64,000 nt of DNA from Sumerlaeia bacterium (GTDB lineage Bacteria > Sumerlaeota > Sumerlaeia > SLMS01 > JAHLLQ01). The stretch spans positions 32,001 through 96,000 of the forward strand of contig JAVJSW010000037.1 in the NCBI GenBank assembly GCA_040219255.1. Reading direction: 5' to 3'. The position numbers were made by a program, and so were the translations under genes. The notes beneath the pieces are model-generated. The model was given only the letters and a program-made list of their open reading frames with translations, did not search any database and was not told the DNA's origin. Numbering within the stretch: the first letter of the stretch is position 1; each line of letters starts with the position of its first letter. Below are positions 19,132-29,634 of the stretch, one piece after another.

Positions 19132-20052
19132 TCAGGGCTGGGGATTTTTTTTCGCCACCTTGTGAATGGCCTCGAAGACGGTCGAGCGGACTTGATCGTC
19201 TTTGTCCTTGAGGAGCGTCAGCAGGGCCGGCAGGGCTCGCGAGGCGCTTTCTCCCATGGCCCCCAGGGAGCGCGCCGCGGCGGCCCGCACCTTGGGGTCC
19301 GGTTCTTTCAGCGCTTCGATCAGGTGGGAAACGGCGTTGCCATTCTCGTTTGGATCGATCATCGACATGGCGTAAGCCGCCGCACGCTTCATCGTGCCGG
19401 TTTCGCCTTTGAGCAGTTCATAGAGCGAGGTGGAATTTTCCGGTCTCCGCCTTGCTGCCGTCGGGTTGTTGGGCGATTCCGAGCCGGGCCTGCGGATGAG
19501 ATCGGTGGCGGACGTGACGGTGCCTTCCAGGGAGCCGGAAACGGCCTTGAGCGCGACCAGGGCCTGCAAGCGGACGTTGGCCACCGAGTCGCGGACGGCC
19601 ATCTTGACGGCGTCGACAGCTTTCCATTCGGGCACGTCGGAGACCGCCGGGCCAATGCGGCCGAGGGCGTAGACGGCGGCTTCGCGCACGTTGGCCTGTT
19701 GGCTCTTGAGCAGTTCGAGGATCACCGGCACGTCGTCTTTCGCTTCGGGGGTCAACCCTCCCAGCGCGTGGACGGCGGACTTGCGGATGTGCTCCACCTG
19801 CGAGTCATGGGCCAGGATGAGGGCGCGCAGGATCGCATCGCCCCGAGGCCCGATGGCGCGGATGGCGGTGGCGGCTTTCCATCGCACCAGGTTGTCCTCC
19901 GCCGCATCGCCGATGCGTTCGCAGAGGGGAAGAAGGGCGCCGCGCGCTTCGGGTCCGGCGTCGCCGAGTTGCTGGGCCGCGTTGCCTCGCGAGCGGGCAT
20001 TCTCATGCCCGAGTTGATCGATCAGGGTGGCTATGTTCGCAGGGGTCGTCAT
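19132..20052 (-). CDS. HEAT repeat protein
   Basis: Repeated VR..AA.ALG.IGP..A.P.L..LL.D units; ATG at 20052 preferred. Confidence 0.88.
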   Translation of the reverse strand: MTTPANIATLIDQLGHENARSRGNAAQQLGDAGPEARGALLPLCERIGDAAEDNLVRWKAATAIRAIGPRGDAILRALILAHDSQVEHIRKSAVHALGGLTPEAKDDVPVILELLKSQQANVREAAVYALGRIGPAVSDVPEWKAVDAVKMAVRDSVANVRLQALVALKAVSGSLEGTVTSATDLIRRPGSESPNNPTAARRRPENSTSLYELLKGETGTMKRAAAYAMSMIDPNENGNAVSHLIEALKEPDPKVRAAAARSLGAMGESASRALPALLTLLKDKDDQVRSTVFEAIHKVAKKNPQP

Positions 20053-20353
20053 CGAGGGCGGCCGAAATCCGGGAGGGAGGACAGTGGACAAGGGGGGGTC
20101 GTTTCCTAAGAGCGGGCAAGGGGGGAACAAGGTCAAGGCAACTCCGGAGGAGCGCGGCGAGGACGATTGCCATAAGACGATGTGCCGATGTGGTTCGGAA
20201 TATCGTCGCGAATCATGAGATGCAGGAGTCGGGCCACATTCCGCTTCCCCGGGCAGGCGCCATCGTTTCGTGCTTCGGCTTGCGGCGCGGACCGTGCGAG
20301 GGGCAACGATGGGTTGGGAGCTTTCCCAAACTGTGCAAAGGATTACCCGTAAC

Positions 20354-20947
20354 ATGGATGAGTCGTTCTCCTCGTTCGAGGCCTCCCAGGCGCTGCCGCT
20401 GGGCCTGGGCATAGCGCTGCTGCTGTTCGGCTGGCTGCTTTATCGGCTCGTGATCGGCGCGGCGGGAGGGATTCTCGGCGGCGTGATCGGGCTCGGTTTC
20501 GGAGGCGCGCTGAATATGATCTTCCGCTTCGATCCGCCCTGGGACGCGGTCTGCTTTCTCGGAGGCATGGTGCTGGGGGCGCTGCTGGGCATCGCCGTGT
20601 TCCAGTTCCTCAACCGGCTGGCGTTCTTTCTCTTGGGGGCGGCGATCTGCGGCTGGGCCTTCACGGAACTCTACCCGCTCTTCGCGGAAGGGGGCGAGGA
20701 AGCGGCGCGGGGGTTGCTGTTCGCCGCGGGCATTCTCGTTTCGGCGATCGTGGGCGGCCTGCTCGCCATCTTCCTCACGAAATATGTCATCGCGCTGGCC
20801 AGTGTCGCCGCGGGCACACTGCTGGTGGGCGGGGCGCTCGACTGGCCCTACGACGGCCTGCTGGCGATTCCGATTTTCCTCATCGGGCTGGGGCTTCAAT
20901 TGGCGATCGTTCGCCCCTGGAGCAAAAAGGACGACGACGGCGATTGA
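20354..20947 (+). CDS. DUF4203/TMEM198-like multi-pass membrane protein
   Basis: GIALLLFGWLLYR start, about six Gly-rich TM helices, terminal GLGLQ. Confidence 0.75.
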   Translation: MDESFSSFEASQALPLGLGIALLLFGWLLYRLVIGAAGGILGGVIGLGFGGALNMIFRFDPPWDAVCFLGGMVLGALLGIAVFQFLNRLAFFLLGAAICGWAFTELYPLFAEGGEEAARGLLFAAGILVSAIVGGLLAIFLTKYVIALASVAAGTLLVGGALDWPYDGLLAIPIFLIGLGLQLAIVRPWSKKDDDGD

Positions 20948-21007
20948 CGCGCGGCCCTGGGAATTTGACTTGCCGCGCGTCCCTGCTCCCGACCCGATGA
21001 CTGCCCC

Positions 21008-22975
21008 ATGAGCCTCCCCGTTGCCGCCTCGTCCCCGTCGCTTCCCTCCGCCGCAGAGGCCCTGGCGTGGAGGACGCGCGTGCTCCGGTCAATGTGCGCC
21101 GGGGTGGTGCTTGGCCTGATGGGTCTTTTTCTCTGGGGCGGTACCTACGAGAGCCGGGCCGTTTACCTTTTCACCTTCGCCATGGGGGCCTTGAACCCGG
21201 TGTGGGGGCTTTATGGGCTGGCGCTTGTGGGGCCGCTGTACCTGGTGGACGCGGGCAAGACACACATGCTCGTCACGATAGACGTTCTGGTGCTGGGCGC
21301 CATTTTCGGCGAACTGCGCTCGATCGGCCAGGAGAGGCTCGAGAGCGTCCGGTGGGGTCTTTGGCCCCGGGCGGCGGTTGGGTTCTGGCTGCTGATTCTC
21401 GCCTCTTCGGTGGTGGGGATGTTGTTCGTGTTTCTCAGCGAGAACGAGATCGGCCGGCCCGACCGCGTTCTGCTGCATTCCAGCGCGGCGTTCTACGACT
21501 ACGCGACCCAGACGGAGTGGCCGTTGCGGGCGTTGTACAATTTCGCGGCGGGGCTTGGGATCGCGGCGGTGGCGGCGCGGCGTGCGTCGCGCGGTCTGGC
21601 GATGCGGTTTCTCGGCTGCGCCGCCGCCGGTCTCTTGGTGGCCTGTTCGCTGAGCCTGATGAACTGGGGCGGTTTGCTGAGCATGCACGACCTGCATCGG
21701 ACGAACTACGATCCGCTGCATCGGGGCCGGCTTCAGGGGACGGCGGGCCACGCGGGCTGGTTCGGCCAGTGGATCGTCATCGCCTGGCCGGGGATTTTGC
21801 TTTTGGCGCTGGCGCGGGGCCGGAAAGCGCTGATCGCCATGGCGGGGGCACTGACGCTGGTGGGGTTGTGCCTGATGTTGACGGCGGCGCGGGCGGCTTG
21901 GCTGGGCGTCGGCGCGGGTGTGCTCATGGGCGGGTTGTACTTGCTCAGGTCCCGCCCCGAACTCTCGAAGCTCCTGCTCTGGGGAGGCATCGGCGCCGCC
22001 GCGATCGGCCTCGCCGGTTTCGCGCTGGGGGGCGATGTGCTCGCCCGCCGCTTCGAGAACCTGCTGCGGGTCACCGACCGCGCCAACTATTACCTCAGCG
22101 GCCTCGTCTTCCTGCGCGAGCACCCGCTCGGGCTCGGGCTCGGGATGCACGCCCATTACTACAACGAGTGGTTCAATCCGTTCTTCCGTTACTTTCAGAC
22201 CGATCATGTGACGAGCCACTCCCTCTATCTGCACCTTTTGATCGAGAACGGGCCCTTTGTGCTCGGGGCGTTCGTGTTCGGGTTGCTGTTCCTGGCTTTC
22301 GAGGTCCGGGCCGCCTGGCCGGAATGGGACCGTACGGAGCGGTGGGTCGTCGTTGTCCTCGCTATGGCCTTTGGCGGGATTCTGGTGGATGGCGTGGCGC
22401 AGTACATCTTCTACATCCGGCCTGTCGAGTTCACCTTCTGGGTTCTTTTCGGGCTGATTCTGGGCCTGAGCCGCAAGGCGCAGGCGGCATCCGCCCCGCT
22501 GCCGGCGCCGGCGGTTGGGGGAGGGCCGATGCTCCTCGCCGCGGCCGGACTGGTGGCGGTTCTGATGGCGTCGGTCAACATCCGCCGCCCCATCGAGGAC
22601 CGGTTCCCGAGAGCCTGGGACGTGACCGTGGTGGAGGACCGGTTGGAGCTGAGCCGATGGACCGACGAGGTGTTCCGAATGCCCATAGATCCCGAAGCGC
22701 GGCGCATTCAGTTCAGCCTGCACCGCAAGGAATTTCCCACCCAAGTGACCATCGAGTGGCCCGACGGCGAGTCGGAGTCCTTTCCGATGGAGGCGGGCGC
22801 TTACGTCTGGCGCGAGCGGACGCTGGCTCCGGCGGAGAAAACCGGTCCCTTGGCCCCGCGCCGCTGGCTGACGATCCGGGTCTCCCAGACCTTCAGCCCG
22901 GCCCGTCTGCATCCCGGCGAGAGCGGCGACATCCGCGATCTGGGTGTGTACATCTTCGGGTTTCGCATCGAGTAA
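21008..22975 (+). CDS. O-antigen ligase/O-oligosaccharyltransferase (Wzy_C) family protein
   Basis: Many TM helices; RLQGTAGH, LTAARAAWLG, HPLGLGLG, HSLYLHLLIENG; soluble C-terminal domain. Confidence 0.85.
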   Translation: MSLPVAASSPSLPSAAEALAWRTRVLRSMCAGVVLGLMGLFLWGGTYESRAVYLFTFAMGALNPVWGLYGLALVGPLYLVDAGKTHMLVTIDVLVLGAIFGELRSIGQERLESVRWGLWPRAAVGFWLLILASSVVGMLFVFLSENEIGRPDRVLLHSSAAFYDYATQTEWPLRALYNFAAGLGIAAVAARRASRGLAMRFLGCAAAGLLVACSLSLMNWGGLLSMHDLHRTNYDPLHRGRLQGTAGHAGWFGQWIVIAWPGILLLALARGRKALIAMAGALTLVGLCLMLTAARAAWLGVGAGVLMGGLYLLRSRPELSKLLLWGGIGAAAIGLAGFALGGDVLARRFENLLRVTDRANYYLSGLVFLREHPLGLGLGMHAHYYNEWFNPFFRYFQTDHVTSHSLYLHLLIENGPFVLGAFVFGLLFLAFEVRAAWPEWDRTERWVVVVLAMAFGGILVDGVAQYIFYIRPVEFTFWVLFGLILGLSRKAQAASAPLPAPAVGGGPMLLAAAGLVAVLMASVNIRRPIEDRFPRAWDVTVVEDRLELSRWTDEVFRMPIDPEARRIQFSLHRKEFPTQVTIEWPDGESESFPMEAGAYVWRERTLAPAEKTGPLAPRRWLTIRVSQTFSPARLHPGESGDIRDLGVYIFGFRIE

Positions 22976-22976
22976 A

Positions 22977-24314
22977 ATGGTGGATCGGCGGCCCGAGCCC
23001 AATTTGTTGATGGTCAGCTACTTCTGGCCCCCGGCGGCGACGGGGGTGCGGCGGGTGTTGTCGCTGGCGCGCTGGCTGCCCGAATTCGGCTGGTTTCCGG
23101 CGGTGCTGGCTTGCCGCCGCACGCGGGGCGAGGGCCAGGACGAGCGGCCCCTGCAGGACCCCGCCATCGGGGCGGTGCCGGTGGCACGGACCGAGTCCTG
23201 GGATCCTTACCGGCTGCTGGCGCGGCGGGAGGGGCCGATCCAGGACGGCACCTCGGCAGGCGCCTCCTCGCCGATTCGCGCGTCGTCGCTCCAAGCCCGG
23301 GCCATGGGGCTTTTGCGCCGCCATGTTTTCGTGCCCGACGACCGGATCGGGTGGAAGCGCTTTGCCTTCGCGGAGGGACAGCGGCTTCTGCGTTCCGGGC
23401 GGTTCCGGGCGATTTACTCCACGAATTATCCGCAAACGGCGCACGAGGTCGGCCGCTCCCTGGCGCGGTCGAGCGGCCTGCCCTGGCTGGCGGACTTTCG
23501 CGATGGCTGGACCCAGAACCCGGTCTTTTCCCGCTTCGGCAACCCGCTCGTTGCGGCCACGCAACATCTGTTGGAGCAGCGCACCGCCGAGGCCGCCACC
23601 GCGATCGTGACCGTTTCGCCTCCGATCACGCGCCATTTGCAGTCGCTCCGGCCGCCGGGCCTCTTGCCCGCGGAAACGATCTACAATGGGTTCGAGCCCG
23701 ATTTGCTAGCCCCGGCCGGCGTGGCGCGCGAGCCCCTCCATCCCGGCAAGATGACGCTCCTCTACACGGGGACCTTTTTCGGGCCGCGCCGACCCGACGG
23801 TCTGCTGCGCGGTTTGGCCGAGGCTCTGCGGCGGGAGCCGGAGTTGCGCAGCGCGGTGGTGCTGAGGCTGCGGACCGTTCTCGATCAGCCGGCACGGGAC
23901 CTGTTGAGGGAGCTGGACTTGAGCGAGGCGGTCGAGGTCTTGCCTCCGGTGCCGTTCCACGACATCGTGGCGGAGCAGCGGCGGGCGGACGGCTGCGTGC
24001 TTGTCCTGGAATCGGGCCCCGGCGCCGAGATCATGGTGAGCCAGAAGGTATTTGAGTACTTGGCGGCGCGGCGCCCGATTTTCGCCCTGGTGCCCCGGGG
24101 AGCGGCCCGGGAAGTGCTTGAGGAAACGGGGGGAGCGGCGATCGTGGATGCGGAGGCGGAGCCGGATGAGACCGGCGAGGCCCTGCGGGAGTTCCTCGGC
24201 CGGGTTCGCGGTGGTGAGTCTGTGGCGAGCGAAGAGCGGCTCGCCCGCTACGATCGGCGAAGACAGGCAAAACGGATGGCGGAAATCCTCGACAATCTGC
24301 CGGGGGCCGAATAA
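22977..24314 (+). CDS. Glycosyltransferase family 4 (GT-B)
   Basis: YFWPP....VRR, PDDRIGW, WLADFRDGW, IYNGF, YTGTF, KVFEYLAARRPI. Confidence 0.9.
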   Translation: MVDRRPEPNLLMVSYFWPPAATGVRRVLSLARWLPEFGWFPAVLACRRTRGEGQDERPLQDPAIGAVPVARTESWDPYRLLARREGPIQDGTSAGASSPIRASSLQARAMGLLRRHVFVPDDRIGWKRFAFAEGQRLLRSGRFRAIYSTNYPQTAHEVGRSLARSSGLPWLADFRDGWTQNPVFSRFGNPLVAATQHLLEQRTAEAATAIVTVSPPITRHLQSLRPPGLLPAETIYNGFEPDLLAPAGVAREPLHPGKMTLLYTGTFFGPRRPDGLLRGLAEALRREPELRSAVVLRLRTVLDQPARDLLRELDLSEAVEVLPPVPFHDIVAEQRRADGCVLVLESGPGAEIMVSQKVFEYLAARRPIFALVPRGAAREVLEETGGAAIVDAEAEPDETGEALREFLGRVRGGESVASEERLARYDRRRQAKRMAEILDNLPGAE

Positions 24315-24368
24315 GTTGCTTGCTGAATTTGATGGGGGTTTGCGTAACTTGATGGGGGAATTGATCCC

Positions 24369-24845
24369 ATGACCGCCAGGAATGAAGACAACCGCCGCCG
24401 CTACGAACGCCTCCCGATTCATTTGGAGGTCATCGCCGTGTTGCAGGGCGTGAAGTCGCGCTCGGGCGAATCGCTGACATCGCACGGCGTGGCGAAAGAC
24501 CTTTCGCTGGGGGGGATGCGGATCGCCGTTTTCCGCGAGGCCAAGGACTGGTCCTGGCAGATCACCCGGGGCCATCGTTTCCTGCGCATTCAGACGCGCA
24601 TCCCCGACTTGGGTTCGCCCTATGGCGAACGGGTCATCAACCTGCACGGGCGGATCGTGTGGACGAAGCTGAAGGAGGCGGACCCGGCCCGCAAGGTTTC
24701 CGCGGCGTGCGAGATGGGTGTCGAGTTCGAGCCCTTCGGTGGGATGGACGAGAAGACTTTCGAGTTCGCCTACGACGCGCTGGAAGCGGCGGGGGTGGAA
24801 ACGCTTGAACGGTCGCGCGGGATCCAAGGCGTTCCCCTGCGATAA
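24369..24845 (+). CDS. PilZ domain protein (c-di-GMP receptor)
   Basis: RRRYER (RxxxR) and DLSLGG (DxSxxG) both intact; GRIVW and MGVEF strands. Confidence 0.85.
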   Translation: MTARNEDNRRRYERLPIHLEVIAVLQGVKSRSGESLTSHGVAKDLSLGGMRIAVFREAKDWSWQITRGHRFLRIQTRIPDLGSPYGERVINLHGRIVWTKLKEADPARKVSAACEMGVEFEPFGGMDEKTFEFAYDALEAAGVETLERSRGIQGVPLR

Positions 24846-24954
24846 TTTTCGATAAGAAAGCCTTTGCCCAAAGGCCTTCCCTGAATCAGAGTCCGAGACA
24901 GATCATGGCAGCCGCCGCGGCTTTGCGGGGGCGGATTCAAGACGAGGTGAGCTG

Positions 24955-27027
24955 ATGGCCCAGAACAAGCCCACAGGCAATGAACCGTATTCGAACGCGA
25001 AGAAGGAGATGGAGAACCTGATTCGTCTCGAAGCCGCGGACTCTCTGGCGTTCGAGGGGAAGCTGCAAAAGCGCGAGGCCGCCAAGCGCCACCGCGGAAG
25101 TCGCAAGACCACGGAAGACCGGGGCAAGGAAGCACAGAATCACCTGGTGCGCCTGGGCGGGAATGAAGCCGCCGCCCGCATCGGTCAAGCTCCTGTGCCC
25201 TCGATGCCGGAAATGGACATTGAAGTCGCCACCGACATCGAACCGGCCGATTTCATCAAGTCCATGACGGAGAAGGCGGGCCTGGATTACGCCAACATCG
25301 GCGACTACGATCTGGAAAGCAAGTCCGCGGAAATCGCTCGGCAGCTCATCCCCTCCAGCATCGCCCGCGACCGCCGGCTCATTCCCCTCATCGAGGAGAA
25401 GAAGGACGGACGCCGCCGCAACGTCCTCTGGGTCGGCATCAGCGATCCTCTCGACATCACCATCATCGACGATTTGCGCCTCATGCTGCCCGAGCATGAA
25501 CTCGAAGCGGTGGTGATCAACGAGGACGACATCGTGGACGCCATCGACCGCCACTACGGCGTGGGCGAGGAATCCCTCGACGATGTGATCAACAATCTCG
25601 ACAAGGAAGACGAGACCGACGACGACATCCTCAAGAAGGACGACGGACAGGTCGAAATCGACGTCAACGAACTGGCGAACAACCCGCCGGTCATCAAGCT
25701 GGTGAACCTGCTTCTGGTGCAGGCGGTGCAGGAGCGCGCGAGCGACTTGCACATCGAGCCGTTCCAGGGCCAACTGCGGATCCGTTACCGGGTGGACGGT
25801 GTCTTGCGCGAGATCCCCAACCCGCCGAAATCCATGCAGGTCGGCATGATCAGCCGCCTCAAGGTCATGGCCGGCATGAATATCTCGGAATCGCGCGTTC
25901 CGCAGGACGGCCGCATCCGCCTTAACATCAGCGGCAAAGAAGTCGACATGCGCGTGGCGTCGCTTCCCACGGTTTACGGCGAGTCCATCGTGATGCGTGT
26001 GCTCGACAAGAGCACGATGATGATCGGCATCGAGCAGCTCGGTTTCCAGAAAGAGCAGCTCGAGGACGTGCTGCGGGAAGCCAAGAAGCCCAACGGCATG
26101 CTGCTCGTGACCGGTCCGACGGGTTCGGGCAAGACCACGACGCTCTATTCGATCCTCAATGAGATTTTCGACTCGGGCATGAAGTTCATCACCACGGAAG
26201 ACCCGGTGGAGTACGAGTTGCCCGGAATCGTCCAGGTCAACATCAACACCAAGGTGGGTCTGACTTTCGCCGCCTGTCTGCGCGCGATTCTTCGACAGGA
26301 CCCGGACGACATTCTGGTGGGTGAAATCCGCGACGTGGAAACGGCTTCGATTTCCATCCAGGCCGCTCTCACGGGCCACATGGTGTTCTCGACGCTGCAC
26401 ACCAACTCGGCCGCCGCGACGGTGACCCGTCTGGTGGACATGGGTATCGAGCCCTTCCTGCTGACCTCGACGCTCCGCGGCGTTATCGGCCAGCGCCTGA
26501 TCCGAACGATCTGCCCCTCGTGCAAGGAACCCTATATCCCGACGGACGAAGAGCTGGCGGAGTTCACAGTGACCCGCGAAGAGGTGGAAGACATCACCTT
26601 CATGGTGGGCCGGGGCTGCGACGATTGCGGATTCTCGGGCTACAAGGGCCGTATCGGCATCTACGAGGTGCTGCTCGTCACCGAGGAAGTCAACGAACTG
26701 ATCCTGCAGCGCGCCACCACCGACGAAATCCACGCTCTGGCCGTGCACCAGGGCATGCAGACGATGCGCAGCGACGGCTGGCTGAAAGTCTGCCTCGGCA
26801 TCACGACGTTCGACGAGGTGTCGCGCCAGACGCCCCGGGAGAGCGAAGAGTCGGCGCGCGCGGAAATGGCCAGCGCCAAGCGCTCGCTCGCCCGCATCGA
26901 CGAACTGCGCCGCCAGCGCGAAGCGGAAGACAACGCGCCAGCGGATTTCGACGAGGACGAATTCGGTCTGCCGGAAGTCAGCACGGAGGGGTCGGGAGGT
27001 GCCCCCCATCTCCTGCCAGAGAGCTGA
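24955..27027 (+). CDS. GspE/PilB family secretion/pilus assembly ATPase
   Basis: RASDLHIEP, RYRVDGVL, PQDGR, Walker A GPTGSGKTT, EDPVEY, LRQDPD..LVGEIRD, TGH.V.STLHTN, CxxC...CxxC zinc motif. Confidence 0.96.
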   Translation: MAQNKPTGNEPYSNAKKEMENLIRLEAADSLAFEGKLQKREAAKRHRGSRKTTEDRGKEAQNHLVRLGGNEAAARIGQAPVPSMPEMDIEVATDIEPADFIKSMTEKAGLDYANIGDYDLESKSAEIARQLIPSSIARDRRLIPLIEEKKDGRRRNVLWVGISDPLDITIIDDLRLMLPEHELEAVVINEDDIVDAIDRHYGVGEESLDDVINNLDKEDETDDDILKKDDGQVEIDVNELANNPPVIKLVNLLLVQAVQERASDLHIEPFQGQLRIRYRVDGVLREIPNPPKSMQVGMISRLKVMAGMNISESRVPQDGRIRLNISGKEVDMRVASLPTVYGESIVMRVLDKSTMMIGIEQLGFQKEQLEDVLREAKKPNGMLLVTGPTGSGKTTTLYSILNEIFDSGMKFITTEDPVEYELPGIVQVNINTKVGLTFAACLRAILRQDPDDILVGEIRDVETASISIQAALTGHMVFSTLHTNSAAATVTRLVDMGIEPFLLTSTLRGVIGQRLIRTICPSCKEPYIPTDEELAEFTVTREEVEDITFMVGRGCDDCGFSGYKGRIGIYEVLLVTEEVNELILQRATTDEIHALAVHQGMQTMRSDGWLKVCLGITTFDEVSRQTPRESEESARAEMASAKRSLARIDELRRQREAEDNAPADFDEDEFGLPEVSTEGSGGAPHLLPES

Positions 27028-27260
27028 TGCGCCGTATATGGCGTCCCGTCTGTGGCGCCCCATCCGTGGCGCTTTCGGCACCGGAGCCGCCGAAGGGAAT
27101 GGATCGACGCGATGCGATCAACGTCAAAATGTTGCACGACTGCATCGTTTTTCGCCTTTGTCTTCCATTCCCTTGTTGACGATCAAGTGCCTTGGCGGCT
27201 GTCATGCCCTCGTCTCCTGGAACAGGGTCTGACTTAGCGGAGTCGAAAGGGTCCCAACCG

Positions 27261-27965
27261 ATGGCGCAAACTCTGGCCGAGAACCGCCCGCGCAACGTGG
27301 GCGAGTTGTTGCTGCTCGAAGGCCGTATCACCCAGGAGCAATACGAAGAAGCCGCGGATTTGTCGCTCCGCTCGGGCCATCGCCTCTATCACGTCCTCGC
27401 CCAGATGAAGGGCGTTTCGGAGGAGGATGTGTTCGAGGTCCTGAGGAAGCGGGCCGATTTTCCCTTAGTCGAGCTGGGAGCGAAAACCCGCCCCACGCAC
27501 GAGGCCGCGATGCTGGTCTCCCGCGATCAGTGCCGCCGCTACGGCGCCGTTCCCCTGTACGTCGAAGGGGGTTATCTCATTCTGGCAATGGAAGATCCGA
27601 CCGACATGAGGGCGGTTGGAGCGGTTGAATCCCTGGCCGTTTTCAGCGTCCGGCCCGTGCTCGCGCATCCGCGGGAAATCCGCGAAGCCATCGATCAGTT
27701 GCCCGAGGCGGAAGTCAAGCCTTCCAACAAGCGGGAAGTCAGCGGCCTCCTGGAGCGCGCCGTTCTGCTGCTGATCTGGGGCTTGCCGATTGCCGGCGGG
27801 TTCACGCTGCTGCTGACCAATGACGAGTTGAAGGCCACGTACCACGAACTCGATCTGGATACTTTCGAGCGCATTCTTTTTTTCACGCTGGGGTGGACCG
27901 GCTGGGCCATCGTCAGTTATTGGATCACGGATATCATTTTCGGCATCGGCCGAAAGAAGGATTGA
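27261..27965 (+). CDS. MshEN/T2SSE_N domain protein with two C-terminal TM helices (no ATPase)
   Basis: RNVGELLLLEGRITQEQYEEA...HRLYHVL, then CRRYGAVPL...LILAMEDP.D (GspE N-domain), then two hydrophobic helices. Confidence 0.8.
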   Translation: MAQTLAENRPRNVGELLLLEGRITQEQYEEAADLSLRSGHRLYHVLAQMKGVSEEDVFEVLRKRADFPLVELGAKTRPTHEAAMLVSRDQCRRYGAVPLYVEGGYLILAMEDPTDMRAVGAVESLAVFSVRPVLAHPREIREAIDQLPEAEVKPSNKREVSGLLERAVLLLIWGLPIAGGFTLLLTNDELKATYHELDLDTFERILFFTLGWTGWAIVSYWITDIIFGIGRKKD

Positions 27966-28142
27966 AATCCGCAAAGGGCTTGAGCCGCAGGATGTCCGGC
28001 GCCATCGTCGGCAAGACTTCCCATCCGGCCGCTCCCTAACCTGGACAGCGGCCCGGCAGTCCGATTGCGTGACTTCACTCCGCTTACGTGAGCAAAGGGC
28101 TTAGGCGCCCGGCGCTCCGCGCAAGCCCTTAGGATTTCGCCG

Positions 28143-29591
28143 GTGATTCGTTCCCTGACCCGATACCTTCCGATTCTCTGTCTGCTGGCGGTGGCGGCGG
28201 TTTTTTCGCCGTCTGGCGCTTCGGCGCAAGAACCCGCCATGAGCCGTGAGGAACGCCTTCGCCTGCACGAGGAGCGCGTTCGCCGCATCATCGAAGAGCG
28301 TAAGAAGGAACGCGAGGCCGCCGAAGCCCGCCGCGAAGAGCAGCAGACCGGCGAGGGTGCCGGTGAGGAAGCCGCCGAGGAACCGCAGCAAACCCAGGAC
28401 ACGGTGCGCATCGGCACGGTGATCCTGTACGTGGCGTTCGAGAATAAGGACAGCGGCGAGCAGGAACTCGACACCATCGTTCGCGAAGGCGACCGCTTCC
28501 TTTCGGAAGTGCGGTTGCAGAACGAACTGGCGGTGCCCTTCGACCGGGTGCGGATCGCCCTGAGCTATGACAAGCGTTTCCTCAAGCCGGTCCGCGTATT
28601 CGACGATCAGATTCGTTCCGCCACCGATCGGGAGCCCCATTTCACCATCGATCCGCGCGAGTCGGTTCTGATCTACGACGCCAAACTGGCCCGGCCCCGC
28701 CTGGGCAAGGAAGTGCCGATTCTGCGTGTCGTCTGGGAGGCGATTCGCCCCACCGATTTCACCGACTTGCGCTTTGAATTCGCCAGCGACGACGACCTCG
28801 AAGACATTGAAAACGCCCGTTACCACACCGCCATTTATCGTGAAGGGCGCAACGTCCTGGGCGAAAGCTCGGACGAAATCGATGGCGTTCTGAGCGGATC
28901 GCTTTTGATTCTCAAGCCCTTCGACCCCAGCAAAATCAACGATGAACAAATCCTCCAGGGCAAGAAAGAGGAACTGCGCGACATCTATCTGGCCACTGTT
29001 GGCTCCGAAGATTACTACGTTGGCATGAAAGTCCTCGGCCCCGAGCGGACCCCAGCCGTCGGCGAAGAATTCGAAGTCGACATCGCTCTGGCCAACCCGC
29101 AGGGCGCCATCGTCGACAGCGTGCGGTTCTTCCTGCACTTCGACCCGGAGGTCCTGGAAGTCATCGACGAAGATCGCGGCAACTGGATCAAGACTGGTGT
29201 CAATGTGCACGACGGGCCATTCCGCGACGAGTTTCCCTTCGATTATCACAAGCGCAACGAAGTGGACAATCAACGGGGCCTGATCAATTACGGCATGGCC
29301 ATCAGCCGCGCGCTGACCCTGCCGTCGGAGACCTTTGCCCGGGTGAAATTCCGCGCGAAGAAACCGGTCGAATCGACCCAGGTCGAGTTGATCGCTTCGC
29401 GCCCCGGCACCGGGCCGCTGACGACGGTCAAGATGTTCGGCTACGAACTGATGACTTTTCATCCGGCCCTGACGAAGCCGGTCTACGAGACGACGATCCT
29501 GGCGGAGCCTCTGGAGGTCGAGACCGTCCAGGAGGATTCGCCCCAGGAGCGGGAAATGCCCAACATCCCGGGCCTGTTCCTCGGCTACTAG
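28143..29591 (+). CDS. Secreted protein with two cohesin-like beta-sandwich domains
   Basis: Signal peptide ASA-Q, charged coil, then two units (EGDRFLSEV...IALSYDKRFL; VGEEFEVDI...FFLHFDPEVLEV...ARVKFRAK). Confidence 0.65.
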   Translation: MIRSLTRYLPILCLLAVAAVFSPSGASAQEPAMSREERLRLHEERVRRIIEERKKEREAAEARREEQQTGEGAGEEAAEEPQQTQDTVRIGTVILYVAFENKDSGEQELDTIVREGDRFLSEVRLQNELAVPFDRVRIALSYDKRFLKPVRVFDDQIRSATDREPHFTIDPRESVLIYDAKLARPRLGKEVPILRVVWEAIRPTDFTDLRFEFASDDDLEDIENARYHTAIYREGRNVLGESSDEIDGVLSGSLLILKPFDPSKINDEQILQGKKEELRDIYLATVGSEDYYVGMKVLGPERTPAVGEEFEVDIALANPQGAIVDSVRFFLHFDPEVLEVIDEDRGNWIKTGVNVHDGPFRDEFPFDYHKRNEVDNQRGLINYGMAISRALTLPSETFARVKFRAKKPVESTQVELIASRPGTGPLTTVKMFGYELMTFHPALTKPVYETTILAEPLEVETVQEDSPQEREMPNIPGLFLGY

Positions 29592-29634
29592 TAGGCTTGC
29601 GCTCGGCGCTGCCGCGGCGGAAAAGGGCAGCATC

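Noticed and set aside
27990-28070. Possible c-di-GMP-I riboswitch (CCTAA...GACAGC hairpin near c-di-GMP receptor genes)
   Set aside because: Lacks the GGCAAA/GCAAA junctions in the right order and the GNRA-capped P2 stem.
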